Origin: a virus
Direction: 5' to 3' (one strand)
Virus record (IMG/VR): IMGVR_UViG_3300044580_000244
Coordinates: 1-29,997 of that record
DNA length: 29,997 nt
Position 1 is the stretch's first letter; each line of letters starts with the position of its first letter. This document shows, piece after piece, positions 7,506 through 14,291 of this stretch. A program made the position numbers and the translations under genes. Under the pieces are notes generated by a model. It was not told where the DNA came from. It saw nothing but the letters and a program-made list of their open reading frames with translations, and did no database searches.

Positions 7506-7719
7506 ACAACAAAGTGCAGAAGCATTAGCAGCATTGCAGGCTTCAGGAAAAACATTGAAGTATATTGCGAGAAAATACGACCTTTCCTATAGCCTATTGC
7601 GTTTCTGGTTGCACGGGAAAACTCCCGCAGATAAGAATAATCTCTACCTTTCTTTCGCTGCAGCACTGAAGAATGAAATAGGCTGGGATATTGAAAGCGA
7701 AAACAATGAGAGTGAATAG
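7492..7719 (+). CDS. Small helix-turn-helix DNA-binding protein (75 aa)
   Basis: I prefer ATG 7492 (GGAGGaaataATG). The segment SGKTLKYIARKYDLSYSLLRFWLHGK looks like an HTH. Confidence 0.6.
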   Translation: MKLTKQQSAEALAALQASGKTLKYIARKYDLSYSLLRFWLHGKTPADKNNLYLSFAAALKNEIGWDIESENNESE

Positions 7720-7728
7720 GAGGGAAAG

Positions 7729-8028
7729 ATGACTATAGCAGGAATAATCATTCTGCTACTCAGTCTCGGTCTCAATATCATTCTCTTTTGTGGCGTCCTG
7801 AAAATCAGTGACAGGCTTCAGGACGCCTGTTTTCGAAACCAGGAAGACCGAAAGAACTGGAAAGAACAGTCGGAAAGATACGAAGCGATGCTGAAAAATA
7901 TGATATTTCGCTGTCAGAGATGTAAGCGGTTCGTGGCACGGAAAGATATCAGAACCACCAAAGATGGCGATTTACTTTGTCCTGTTTGTTATAAAAAACA
8001 TATAAAAGTAATGAAAAAGGAGGTATAA
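7729..8028 (+). CDS. Membrane-anchored zinc-ribbon protein (99 aa)
   Basis: RBS AGGAGGgaaagATG. N-terminal TM segment IAGIIILLLSLGLNIILFCGVL. C-terminal CQRC...CPVC motifs. Confidence 0.75.
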   Translation: MTIAGIIILLLSLGLNIILFCGVLKISDRLQDACFRNQEDRKNWKEQSERYEAMLKNMIFRCQRCKRFVARKDIRTTKDGDLLCPVCYKKHIKVMKKEV

Positions 8029-8093
8029 TGTCAAGTTTTTATTGTCCGCATTGTAAAGAACCTGTAGAAAATGTTAAAATTATACAAAGATAA
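8028..8093 (+). CDS. Possible 21-aa CxxC micro-ORF (MSSFYCPHCKEPVENVKIIQR)
   Basis: It has the same GGAGGTATAATG ribosome-binding cassette as the neighbouring genes (8105, 8587). Its ATG overlaps the preceding TAA stop. It is very short. Confidence 0.3.
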   Translation: MSSFYCPHCKEPVENVKIIQR

Positions 8094-8116
8094 ATACATA
8101 AGATAGGAGGTATAAA

Positions 8117-8587
8117 ATGCCTGGAGTATGGAAAGAAATTGACGATGCAGGAAGGAGTGGCTACTGCTGGTATTGCCACGAGTGGAAATCTTCTTCTCGT
8201 GTCTTTCAGATATGGGAAGGAGTAGGAATAGACGAACGAGATGAGTATGAGGATGGTATATGTCCCGAATGTGGAGAGAAATTAGATGAGGATTATCACT
8301 GCAGAGTATGCGGTGAGAGCGATGGTCTTCTGGAGTATACTCCATATGGGGAAAATATGCCAAGACTATACTGTCCCTGGTGCCTGGTGGAAACCGCTTA
8401 TGCTGATTTCCTGAAAAAACTGGAACCCATATTGATGCATGGAGATGTTGACCCGATATGTAAAAATTTTCAGGATGTAGAAGATTATGTAAAAGAAGTT
8501 ATTTTGGAAATTTATAGTAAAGATTTTCAAGATTATGAAGAAAATACAGGGGAAATTGTAATATATCCCCCTGACGATTATCATTGA
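8117..8587 (+). CDS. Multi-zinc-ribbon protein (156 aa)
   Basis: RBS AGGAGGtataaaATG. Four CxxC pairs are present: CWYC, CPEC, CRVC, CPWC. Confidence 0.8.
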   Translation: MPGVWKEIDDAGRSGYCWYCHEWKSSSRVFQIWEGVGIDERDEYEDGICPECGEKLDEDYHCRVCGESDGLLEYTPYGENMPRLYCPWCLVETAYADFLKKLEPILMHGDVDPICKNFQDVEDYVKEVILEIYSKDFQDYEENTGEIVIYPPDDYH

Positions 8588-8599
8588 AGGAGGTATAAA

Positions 8600-8854
8600 A
8601 TGAAAGAAATTAATTACGAAAAAAGATTAGACGCATTAGAGGAATTAGAAACATTATACAAATTTAGAAAAGAAGCAATATTTAAAGATAAATATATTGA
8701 AACATTCTATTTCATAAGAAAAGAAGAAATTCAATATGATACTCATTCTAAAATTATGAACATAATTGGTAAAGAATTAAATTTTAGTAATGATACCATT
8801 AATGAATTTAAAGATATGGGATATACAATTTTAGAAACAATAGTTATAATTTAA
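8600..8854 (+). CDS. Hypothetical protein (84 aa), in the AT-rich island
   Basis: RBS AGGAGGtataaaATG. Local GC is clearly lower than in the flanks. Confidence 0.7.
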   Translation: MKEINYEKRLDALEELETLYKFRKEAIFKDKYIETFYFIRKEEIQYDTHSKIMNIIGKELNFSNDTINEFKDMGYTILETIVII

Positions 8855-8868
8855 AAAGGAGGATTAAA

Positions 8869-9180
8869 ATGTTTAATAAAATTTATCAAGAAGAAACAAA
8901 TATCTATGGTCAATTAGATACTGTATATAACTTCTATTATGACTTAACTGCAGAAGAGTTATTGGAAGTCAAAGATAGAGGTAAATCTGATATAATGGGT
9001 GAATATCTGGAAAGAACTAAAGAAATATCCTTTTACCTAACAATAACAAAAGAACCGATAGTAGAGAGAGTAGAATTTCTTAGCGCTCCTTTAGATTATT
9101 TCTTGGACGATAATATTTACTTACCAGAAAATATTAAGGAAGCTTTAATAGAAATAAGAAAATACATTGAAGGAGAATGA
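8869..9180 (+). CDS. Hypothetical protein (103 aa), in the AT-rich island
   Basis: RBS AAGGAGGattaaaATG. Confidence 0.7.
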   Translation: MFNKIYQEETNIYGQLDTVYNFYYDLTAEELLEVKDRGKSDIMGEYLERTKEISFYLTITKEPIVERVEFLSAPLDYFLDDNIYLPENIKEALIEIRKYIEGE

Positions 9181-9181
9181 A

Positions 9182-9655
9182 ATGGACATATTAGATGTGG
9201 CAAGAGATACCATTATGAACACAAAGAGAATAAATAAGAAACATTATGTTTTATTTGATAGTAAAATTAGTATATATGTGGAAATTGTAGACGAGACCAA
9301 CATTAACATAGAAATAAAATTATATAATGAAGACACGGAATATTCCGTCTACAAAAAAAGTTTAAGCGGACTTGACATTACAAAAGAATTAAAAGAACTG
9401 ATATTAAAATATAAAGATTTCCCCGAGTTAATAGAAGATGTTAAGGTTATGATAAATAACGAATTGATAGACCGAAATATAGAGGAAATAAAATTTTCAA
9501 TGGATTCTTCGGATAATCATTTTTACCTTTTCTGTTATGTTGATAAGAACTTTATGCCATATTTATCATTACAATTGAAGACGATGCTAAGTATGAATTA
9601 TATTGCGACGCTGTATACTATCCCAGTGATTGCGCACATCCTGCAGAATATATAG
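9182..9655 (+). CDS. Hypothetical protein (157 aa), in the AT-rich island; the 3' end is questionable
   Basis: I prefer ATG 9182 (AGGAGaatgaaATG). The last ~35 codons overlap an alternative open frame that looks more protein-like (see findings). Confidence 0.6.
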   Translation: MDILDVARDTIMNTKRINKKHYVLFDSKISIYVEIVDETNINIEIKLYNEDTEYSVYKKSLSGLDITKELKELILKYKDFPELIEDVKVMINNELIDRNIEEIKFSMDSSDNHFYLFCYVDKNFMPYLSLQLKTMLSMNYIATLYTIPVIAHILQNI

Positions 9656-9684
9656 GACCACTATGTCCTGTATGCGGTGAAGAT

Positions 9685-10152
9685 ATGGGAGAATATACCT
9701 GTGATATCTGCGGAAAGCACGGAATGCCAGTAGATGAAGTATTGGCGGAAGATGGAGAATATCTTATCTGCCACGAGTGCAAAGCGAAAATGATATTCCT
9801 GAGCGGGAAACCAATTGAAGAAATCAAGAAAGAAATATACGATGTGCTGGTGGAAAAATTCGAATTCAAGCCTGATATATTCACTGAAGGCTATATTGAA
9901 GACCTATTAGAAGAATTTCAGAATAAACTGAAGGAGCTGAAACGTCTCAAACTAATGGAAAAACCGTCAGTTCCGCTCAGTGAAATCAGAAAGCACAACC
10001 CCTATGTTCAGTATATAGGGGACCAGTATTCGCATCGGATAGAATATCACGGCATTGAATTCGTTCAGACATTCGAAAAGACTGAGAAAGGCTATATATA
10101 TGAGAGCAGAAGACCGTTTGAAATTGTTCAAGTAGAATTTTATAATGATTGA
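9685..10152 (+). CDS. Zinc-ribbon protein (155 aa from the first ATG); the frame is open and coding-like for 46 codons upstream
   Basis: The sequence from the ATG reads MGEYTCDICGKHG...ICHEC. The upstream in-frame stretch reads ..YCDAVYYPSDCAHPAEYIGPLCPVCGED. It parallels ICPECGEKLDEDYHCRVCGE in the 8117 gene. Confidence 0.7.
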   Translation: MGEYTCDICGKHGMPVDEVLAEDGEYLICHECKAKMIFLSGKPIEEIKKEIYDVLVEKFEFKPDIFTEGYIEDLLEEFQNKLKELKRLKLMEKPSVPLSEIRKHNPYVQYIGDQYSHRIEYHGIEFVQTFEKTEKGYIYESRRPFEIVQVEFYND

Positions 10153-10171
10153 ATGAAAGCGGGAAAATAAA

Positions 10172-10318
10172 ATGGAACTGCTTCAGACTATACTTTTCTC
10201 AATAGGAATGTTTGTTATTATAGCTGTGATATTTGCAGTTATTATAATTATTTCACGCTATCTTAGGAAATTGATAAATATATCATTTCATTGGATAAAA
10301 AGTAAAATAAACAAATAA
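10172..10318 (+). CDS. Small single-pass membrane protein (48 aa)
   Basis: Not in the ORF track. Translation: MELLQTILFSIGMFVIIAVIFAVIIIISRYLRKLINISFHWIKSKINK. It is the last gene of the + arm and is followed by a terminator. The RBS is weak (GGGA). Confidence 0.5.
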   Translation: MELLQTILFSIGMFVIIAVIFAVIIIISRYLRKLINISFHWIKSKINK

Positions 10319-10329
10319 CTACTGGAATA

Positions 10330-10360
10330 GGCAAGGCTCATATCGGTCTTGCCTTTTTTT
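10330..10360 (+). terminator. Rho-independent terminator at the convergence point of the two arms
   Basis: GGCAAG-gctcatatcggt-CTTGCC followed by TTTTTTT. The T-run overlaps the stop codon of the minus-strand endolysin gene. Confidence 0.75.
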
Positions 10361-10751
10361 ATGCTTTCACTTCCAGCAATCTTTTCACATTCCTAACATC
10401 CAGATGCACCCAAGAAACGCCTGTTTCTATGCAGGTGATTTCAGGAAACAGTCCAGAGCGTATATCATTTCGCACCTTCTCCGCTGAGACGCCCTGCACA
10501 TCCAGGTCTACTGCACGCCCATAGCAATGTTGCGAGAATTTCGCACCGACGCCTGAATTGAAAGGTCTCAGACCACGGAGACTGAACTTTCCGCCCCAAT
10601 ACCAGTCATTGATTATGATTGGACGATTGTAATATTCTCGCATTTCATCTATAGTTTTCAGAATTCTTTCGTCTATGAGCCAGAGCCAATATTGTTTATA
10701 ATCTTTTGACGGAACTAATTCAAACCAGCTAAAATGTTTTGGTGTATACAT
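10359..10751 (-). CDS. Endolysin, peptidase M15 family (zinc D-Ala-D-Ala / L-Ala-D-Glu peptidase fold)
   Basis: SQHCYGRAVDLD and WVHLDV match the H-x6-D ... H zinc-ligand arrangement of Peptidase_M15. RBS GGAGGcgtaaATG. It is a single domain of 130 aa. Confidence 0.85.
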   Translation of the reverse strand: MYTPKHFSWFELVPSKDYKQYWLWLIDERILKTIDEMREYYNRPIIINDWYWGGKFSLRGLRPFNSGVGAKFSQHCYGRAVDLDVQGVSAEKVRNDIRSGLFPEITCIETGVSWVHLDVRNVKRLLEVKA

Positions 10752-10815
10752 TTACGCCTCCTCTTTGTCTATGTCTATTCCGAGCAAAAGCATTAGCACG
10801 AAATGTTTCCATGTG

Positions 10816-10983
10816 TTAGTTATCATCTTCCACCTCCACTATTTCTAAGTGGTTATTCTCTATGTATTGCAACATCTCTGCTTCGGTGTCAAACCATAAC
10901 AACTCATAGCGAGTGCCTACTGTATTCGGCTCCGCTGTTCCTGTGTGTAATACTTGATTGCCATTTTTGATTATATAGTGCAT
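10816..10983 (-). CDS. Hypothetical protein (55 aa)
   Basis: I prefer ATG 10983 (AGGAGaataatATG), which lies just after the stop of the upstream gene. The track start at 11031 would overlap that gene by 47 nt. Confidence 0.6.
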   Translation of the reverse strand: MHYIIKNGNQVLHTGTAEPNTVGTRYELLWFDTEAEMLQYIENNHLEIVEVEDDN

Positions 10984-10984
10984 A

Positions 10985-11998
10985 TTATTCTCCTGTGTAT
11001 TCATTCCAATCTGCTGGCCAGCTCCCACCATTAGCAGATAGCCATGCAGAGGGGATAATTGTCCAAGCTGCTTTGGTGAGTAGTGGAGCTACATCTGCTT
11101 TCACCTCATCCCAATCAGGGCAGTTTTCAGTTGTGCCTGCGGTAATTATGAATGGATATGCTCCGCTCCACGTTCCAGTTGCCGCATCGTGAATTAACCG
11201 TGCATATTCTGCTGCCGTTGCAAATACCGTGCTGCCCAAGAGTTGGACGCCAAGTGAACCCGTAATATTCAGCGGATTTGTTCCATATGTCAGAGACGAG
11301 CCGATGTTGAAGAGGTACAGGTATGTTAGCTTCATCCCAGTTATGTCACCAGTGATGACAGATGAAGAGCCGAGGTCGTTGAGGGACAGGGCTGTCAGCT
11401 TCATCCCAGTTATGTCGCCAGTGATTATAGATGAGCCGATGTTGTATAAGGCCAGGTATGTCAGCTTCATCCCCGTTATGTCACCAGTGATGGCAGATGA
11501 GCCGAGGCTGGAAAGGAGCAGGTATGTTAGCTTCATCCCCGTTATGTCACCAGTGATTATAGATGAGCCGAGACTGAAGAGGCGCAGGTATGTCAGCTCC
11601 ATCCCCGTTATGTCGCCCGTGATGACAGATGAGCCGATGCTGGAGATGTATAGGTATGTCACCAGCTTGCGTTTAGGGATGGTAAAGCTTCCAGCATTCT
11701 TGAAATAAATGTCTTGATTCGTGTTTGCCGCAAGGGTTAGCGGAGTGGTAACGAAATCTCCGCTACTGCCTATTCTAATGCTTGTACCGCCAGCAGGGGT
11801 TACAGTTGTTGCTTCCGATACTCGAACACGCACGTATTTTGTGCCATCGCCAGCGGTGACTGTGAAGACGGCGGGCATATTGCCGTATCTATCCACAATG
11901 CAATGCGCTCCGAGACCGAGACCGAGACCAAGTCCGAAGCTCACTTCTTCAGTCCTTTTATGATAGGTTTTACTATCTGATAGGTTTTGCTGACCCAA
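10985..11998 (-). CDS. Tandem-repeat (21-aa LRR-like solenoid) protein, probably a tail-associated or host-interaction protein
   Basis: Six consecutive repeats of L(T)YLxLxxxGSSxITGDITGMK. The start is uncertain. The track start 11998 is TTG. GTG 11944 overlaps the upstream TGA (GTGA coupling). ATG 11878 is also possible. Confidence 0.75.
   Translation of the reverse strand: MGQQNLSDSKTYHKRTEEVSFGLGLGLGLGAHCIVDRYGNMPAVFTVTAGDGTKYVRVRVSEATTVTPAGGTSIRIGSSGDFVTTPLTLAANTNQDIYFKNAGSFTIPKRKLVTYLYISSIGSSVITGDITGMELTYLRLFSLGSSIITGDITGMKLTYLLLSSLGSSAITGDITGMKLTYLALYNIGSSIITGDITGMKLTALSLNDLGSSSVITGDITGMKLTYLYLFNIGSSLTYGTNPLNITGSLGVQLLGSTVFATAAEYARLIHDAATGTWSGAYPFIITAGTTENCPDWDEVKADVAPLLTKAAWTIIPSAWLSANGGSWPADWNEYTGE
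11285..11665 (-). repeat. About six tandem 63-bp coding repeats inside the LRR-like gene
   Basis: The + strand shows a recurring block agcttcatcccNgttatgtcRccNgtgatNNcagatgagccga... every 63 bp. Confidence 0.9.
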
Positions 11999-12336
11999 TC
12001 AGCTATTTGAAACGCATCTTTCAATTTCGCTTGTTTCAGCAGTATTGGCTCTCTTTCTTGCAGTGCTTGCACTACTACACTGTTTTTTAGTTCATTCTGT
12101 GAAAGTTCTTTCACATCAATATTGTCATTCTGCACCAGTGAATGCATCAGTTCCAGTGGATTTTTCTCTGCTTGTGTTATGAGTGGCATTGCGGATTTCA
12201 TTAGCTCTTTGTCCGCCAGCATTTGTCTGATTTTTTTATACTCGGAAAAGATAACGCCAATCAGAACGCCAATAGATGTTAGTATCGCTATCACGAGCTC
12301 AATATTTTCTTGGATTTTGAGTAGTATTGTTTCCAT
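11941..12336 (-). CDS. N-terminally membrane-anchored helical protein (131 aa); lysis or tail accessory candidate
   Basis: RBS AGGAGGataaaATG. TM segment LVIAILTSIGVLIGVIF near the N-terminus. The remainder is predicted helical. Confidence 0.7.
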   Translation of the reverse strand: METILLKIQENIELVIAILTSIGVLIGVIFSEYKKIRQMLADKELMKSAMPLITQAEKNPLELMHSLVQNDNIDVKELSQNELKNSVVVQALQEREPILLKQAKLKDAFQIADWVSKTYQIVKPIIKGLKK

Positions 12337-12337
12337 T

Positions 12338-12772
12338 TTATCCTCCTATGGATTTTATTATTATGTATGTTATGGCACTGCCAGAAATCATTGACGCAAC
12401 GAGCTTTATGAATTCTATCCATTTCGAAAGATTGTCTCTGCTTTCCTTCACGAAAGCTGAGAAATGAGCTCTGAGCGTGTCTTTGCATTGCTCTGTATTG
12501 AGTGCAGAATCCACGACTTCATTGCATCGTTTGCGAAAATCCTGATTGTTCAGCAATAATATTGCACTATTGACCATTTCATCTTTTTTGCAATATCTCG
12601 CATCATTTTCTATTATATTATTCTTTGATGTTAATTCCAAGCGATGCGAAAGGTTGTCTATAGCCGTATTCAGAGCATTTATGCTCTTTTTAATTTCTGC
12701 TATATCGCTTCGAATATTCGTGGAGAATTCCTTGAATTCTTTGCTGATATTTTGGCTTTCCATATTAACCAT
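12338..12772 (-). CDS. Coiled-coil protein with a C-terminal membrane anchor (144 aa)
   Basis: The C-terminal KLVASMISGSAITYIIIKSIGG is hydrophobic. The N-terminus has a heptad-like pattern. The alternative start at 12763 cannot be excluded. Confidence 0.65.
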   Translation of the reverse strand: MVNMESQNISKEFKEFSTNIRSDIAEIKKSINALNTAIDNLSHRLELTSKNNIIENDARYCKKDEMVNSAILLLNNQDFRKRCNEVVDSALNTEQCKDTLRAHFSAFVKESRDNLSKWIEFIKLVASMISGSAITYIIIKSIGG

Positions 12773-13070
12773 TGTGAACTGTTATTTGCAATTTCGCACC
12801 CAAAACCGCAATTTTGTGTCCTGGACGAATGACATAGTATAGTATCTGCCCGCCAGGTATCGCCATTGAAGATGCAGTCGCAGTTGGGTTTTCTGATACC
12901 TGAATATTGCAGTCATTACTGGCCAATAATTGAACTATGGTGAAGTCCGTAGTGGATATCACACCAGAAGATGCGGATGCAGTGCTTCCGTCCACTATTA
13001 TAGGGTCATTTCCGAGCACGAAAAGCGGAAGGCTTTGTGCGTTTTGGTCTTTGATTAGCGTCCTTGACAT
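12765..13070 (-). CDS. Hypothetical virion or fibre-associated protein (101 aa)
   Basis: RBS AGGAGtataaaATG. S/T/A-rich, beta-type composition. It lies directly after the fibre gene. Confidence 0.65.
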   Translation of the reverse strand: MSRTLIKDQNAQSLPLFVLGNDPIIVDGSTASASSGVISTTDFTIVQLLASNDCNIQVSENPTATASSMAIPGGQILYYVIRPGHKIAVLGAKLQITVHNG

Positions 13071-13071
13071 T

Positions 13072-13767
13072 TTATACTCCTGTTATTTGCATTACTTTGT
13101 ATGTTATTATTATTTTATATGTATTTGCTTCTTCAAGTGAAACTTTTACTTGATTTAGCACGGTTGTTTCATATATTACACGAGTGGAAAATTCAGCTCG
13201 CAATGGAGATGTTGGCGTTTGCAAAACCCATACGCCACTATTGAGTTGATATATAGCAACAGTAATACTGTCAGGGTTTACGTAATACGAACTTCCCAGT
13301 CCAGTATTCGCTACCAGAGCTGAATCCGTAATAATCTGGCTTCCCAAGCCAGTGATAGTTCCCGTGCCGTATGTATATGTGCGTTGTCTAACATCGTATG
13401 CAACTGCAGATAATGCATTCAGCTGAGCTTGAATATTGTCAGTGACCCCCTGAAGCCTATTCAATTCTTGCGTCGTTATGGTCGCACCGTGCAGGATATT
13501 CAGTTCTGCACTGGTGGCTGAAGTTATAGTTGTGCTATTGATTGCAGGCGAATTCAGTCTCTTGTTTGTTAGCGTCTGAGCGGAGTCAATATTCACGATG
13601 TCACCAGGCGAAGTCCCGCCTACAGTTTTCCCGTCCAGAACATATGTTTTCACGCCAGTGAACGGGACTTTCACTTCTTGGTCTACGGTTGCATTATTGG
13701 CGAAAATGACATCAGCTCCCTCTGGAACTGCCTTAGCTGTGAAATCTTTTAGTCTTTTATTTGCCAT
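13072..13767 (-). CDS. Tail fibre protein
   Basis: IDSAQTLTNKRLNSP plus repeated SAELNILHG / TQELNRLQG motifs are typical of phage fibre shafts. RBS AGAGGAataaATG. Confidence 0.7.
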   Translation of the reverse strand: MANKRLKDFTAKAVPEGADVIFANNATVDQEVKVPFTGVKTYVLDGKTVGGTSPGDIVNIDSAQTLTNKRLNSPAINSTTITSATSAELNILHGATITTQELNRLQGVTDNIQAQLNALSAVAYDVRQRTYTYGTGTITGLGSQIITDSALVANTGLGSSYYVNPDSITVAIYQLNSGVWVLQTPTSPLRAEFSTRVIYETTVLNQVKVSLEEANTYKIIITYKVMQITGV

Positions 13768-13775
13768 TTATTCCT

Positions 13776-14291
13776 CTAATTTATAATTATTATCTGATTT
13801 CCTTCATAATCAACAATATTATCATCATTATAATCTACTACATTGTATATTTGAATCCCGCTGAAGAAATTCGGGATTTCAGTATATTTCTGCGTAGATT
13901 GAAATGTCAGCTCTATAGTCTGTCCGACTTCACAGTTTGCAAGGTCTTGGGGATCGAAGTCAGAGATCAGCTTGCACGGTATCATTATTCCTGCTTCATT
14001 TTCGAAATCATAGCGTGGATATACACTAATTGGCGTATCATTAGCATCGCTCTCGTTCAGCACGGATACCAGATTGGCGAATTCAATCGCCATATCCGTG
14101 TCCAGATTATGCAGAAAAACTGTGATAATTGGTTGATAGCCTATGAACCTGCTTCGCTCTATATTGTCTCTGGTTGTCCATTTCTGCATCTTTCGCTGAA
14201 AAGTGATTTTGCCTGTGGCGTCAGGGAATTTCGCTCTTTCAGAAGCACATTCCAGCATCACACCACCGAAACCGAAAAGCGTAGATGGCAT
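13776..14291 (-). CDS. Tail-tip or baseplate component (171 aa)
   Basis: Its start overlaps the upstream stop (TGATG). The call rests on operon position between the tail-tip gene and the fibre gene. The antisense ORF 13761..14297 is rejected. Confidence 0.6.
   Translation of the reverse strand: MPSTLFGFGGVMLECASERAKFPDATGKITFQRKMQKWTTRDNIERSRFIGYQPIITVFLHNLDTDMAIEFANLVSVLNESDANDTPISVYPRYDFENEAGIMIPCKLISDFDPQDLANCEVGQTIELTFQSTQKYTEIPNFFSGIQIYNVVDYNDDNIVDYEGNQIIIIN

Noticed and set aside
9547-9684. Programmed -1 frameshift joining the 9182 ORF to the 9685 ORF
   Set aside because: There is no X_XXY_YYZ slippery heptamer in the overlap region. A recombination scar or a sequencing indel is more parsimonious. 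This is retained only as part of the AT-island finding.
10752-10815. 27-aa minus-strand ORF (METFRANAFARNRHRQRGGVNVYTKTF) considered as the missing holin
   Set aside because: It has no hydrophobic segment and no RBS, and it runs across the endolysin RBS and start codon in another frame.
11229-11708. 159-aa plus-strand ORF with the repeat VSFIPVMSPV
   Set aside because: It is the antisense reading of the 63-bp repeats of the LRR-like gene. It is periodic only because the sense strand is, and it runs against the operon direction without an RBS.
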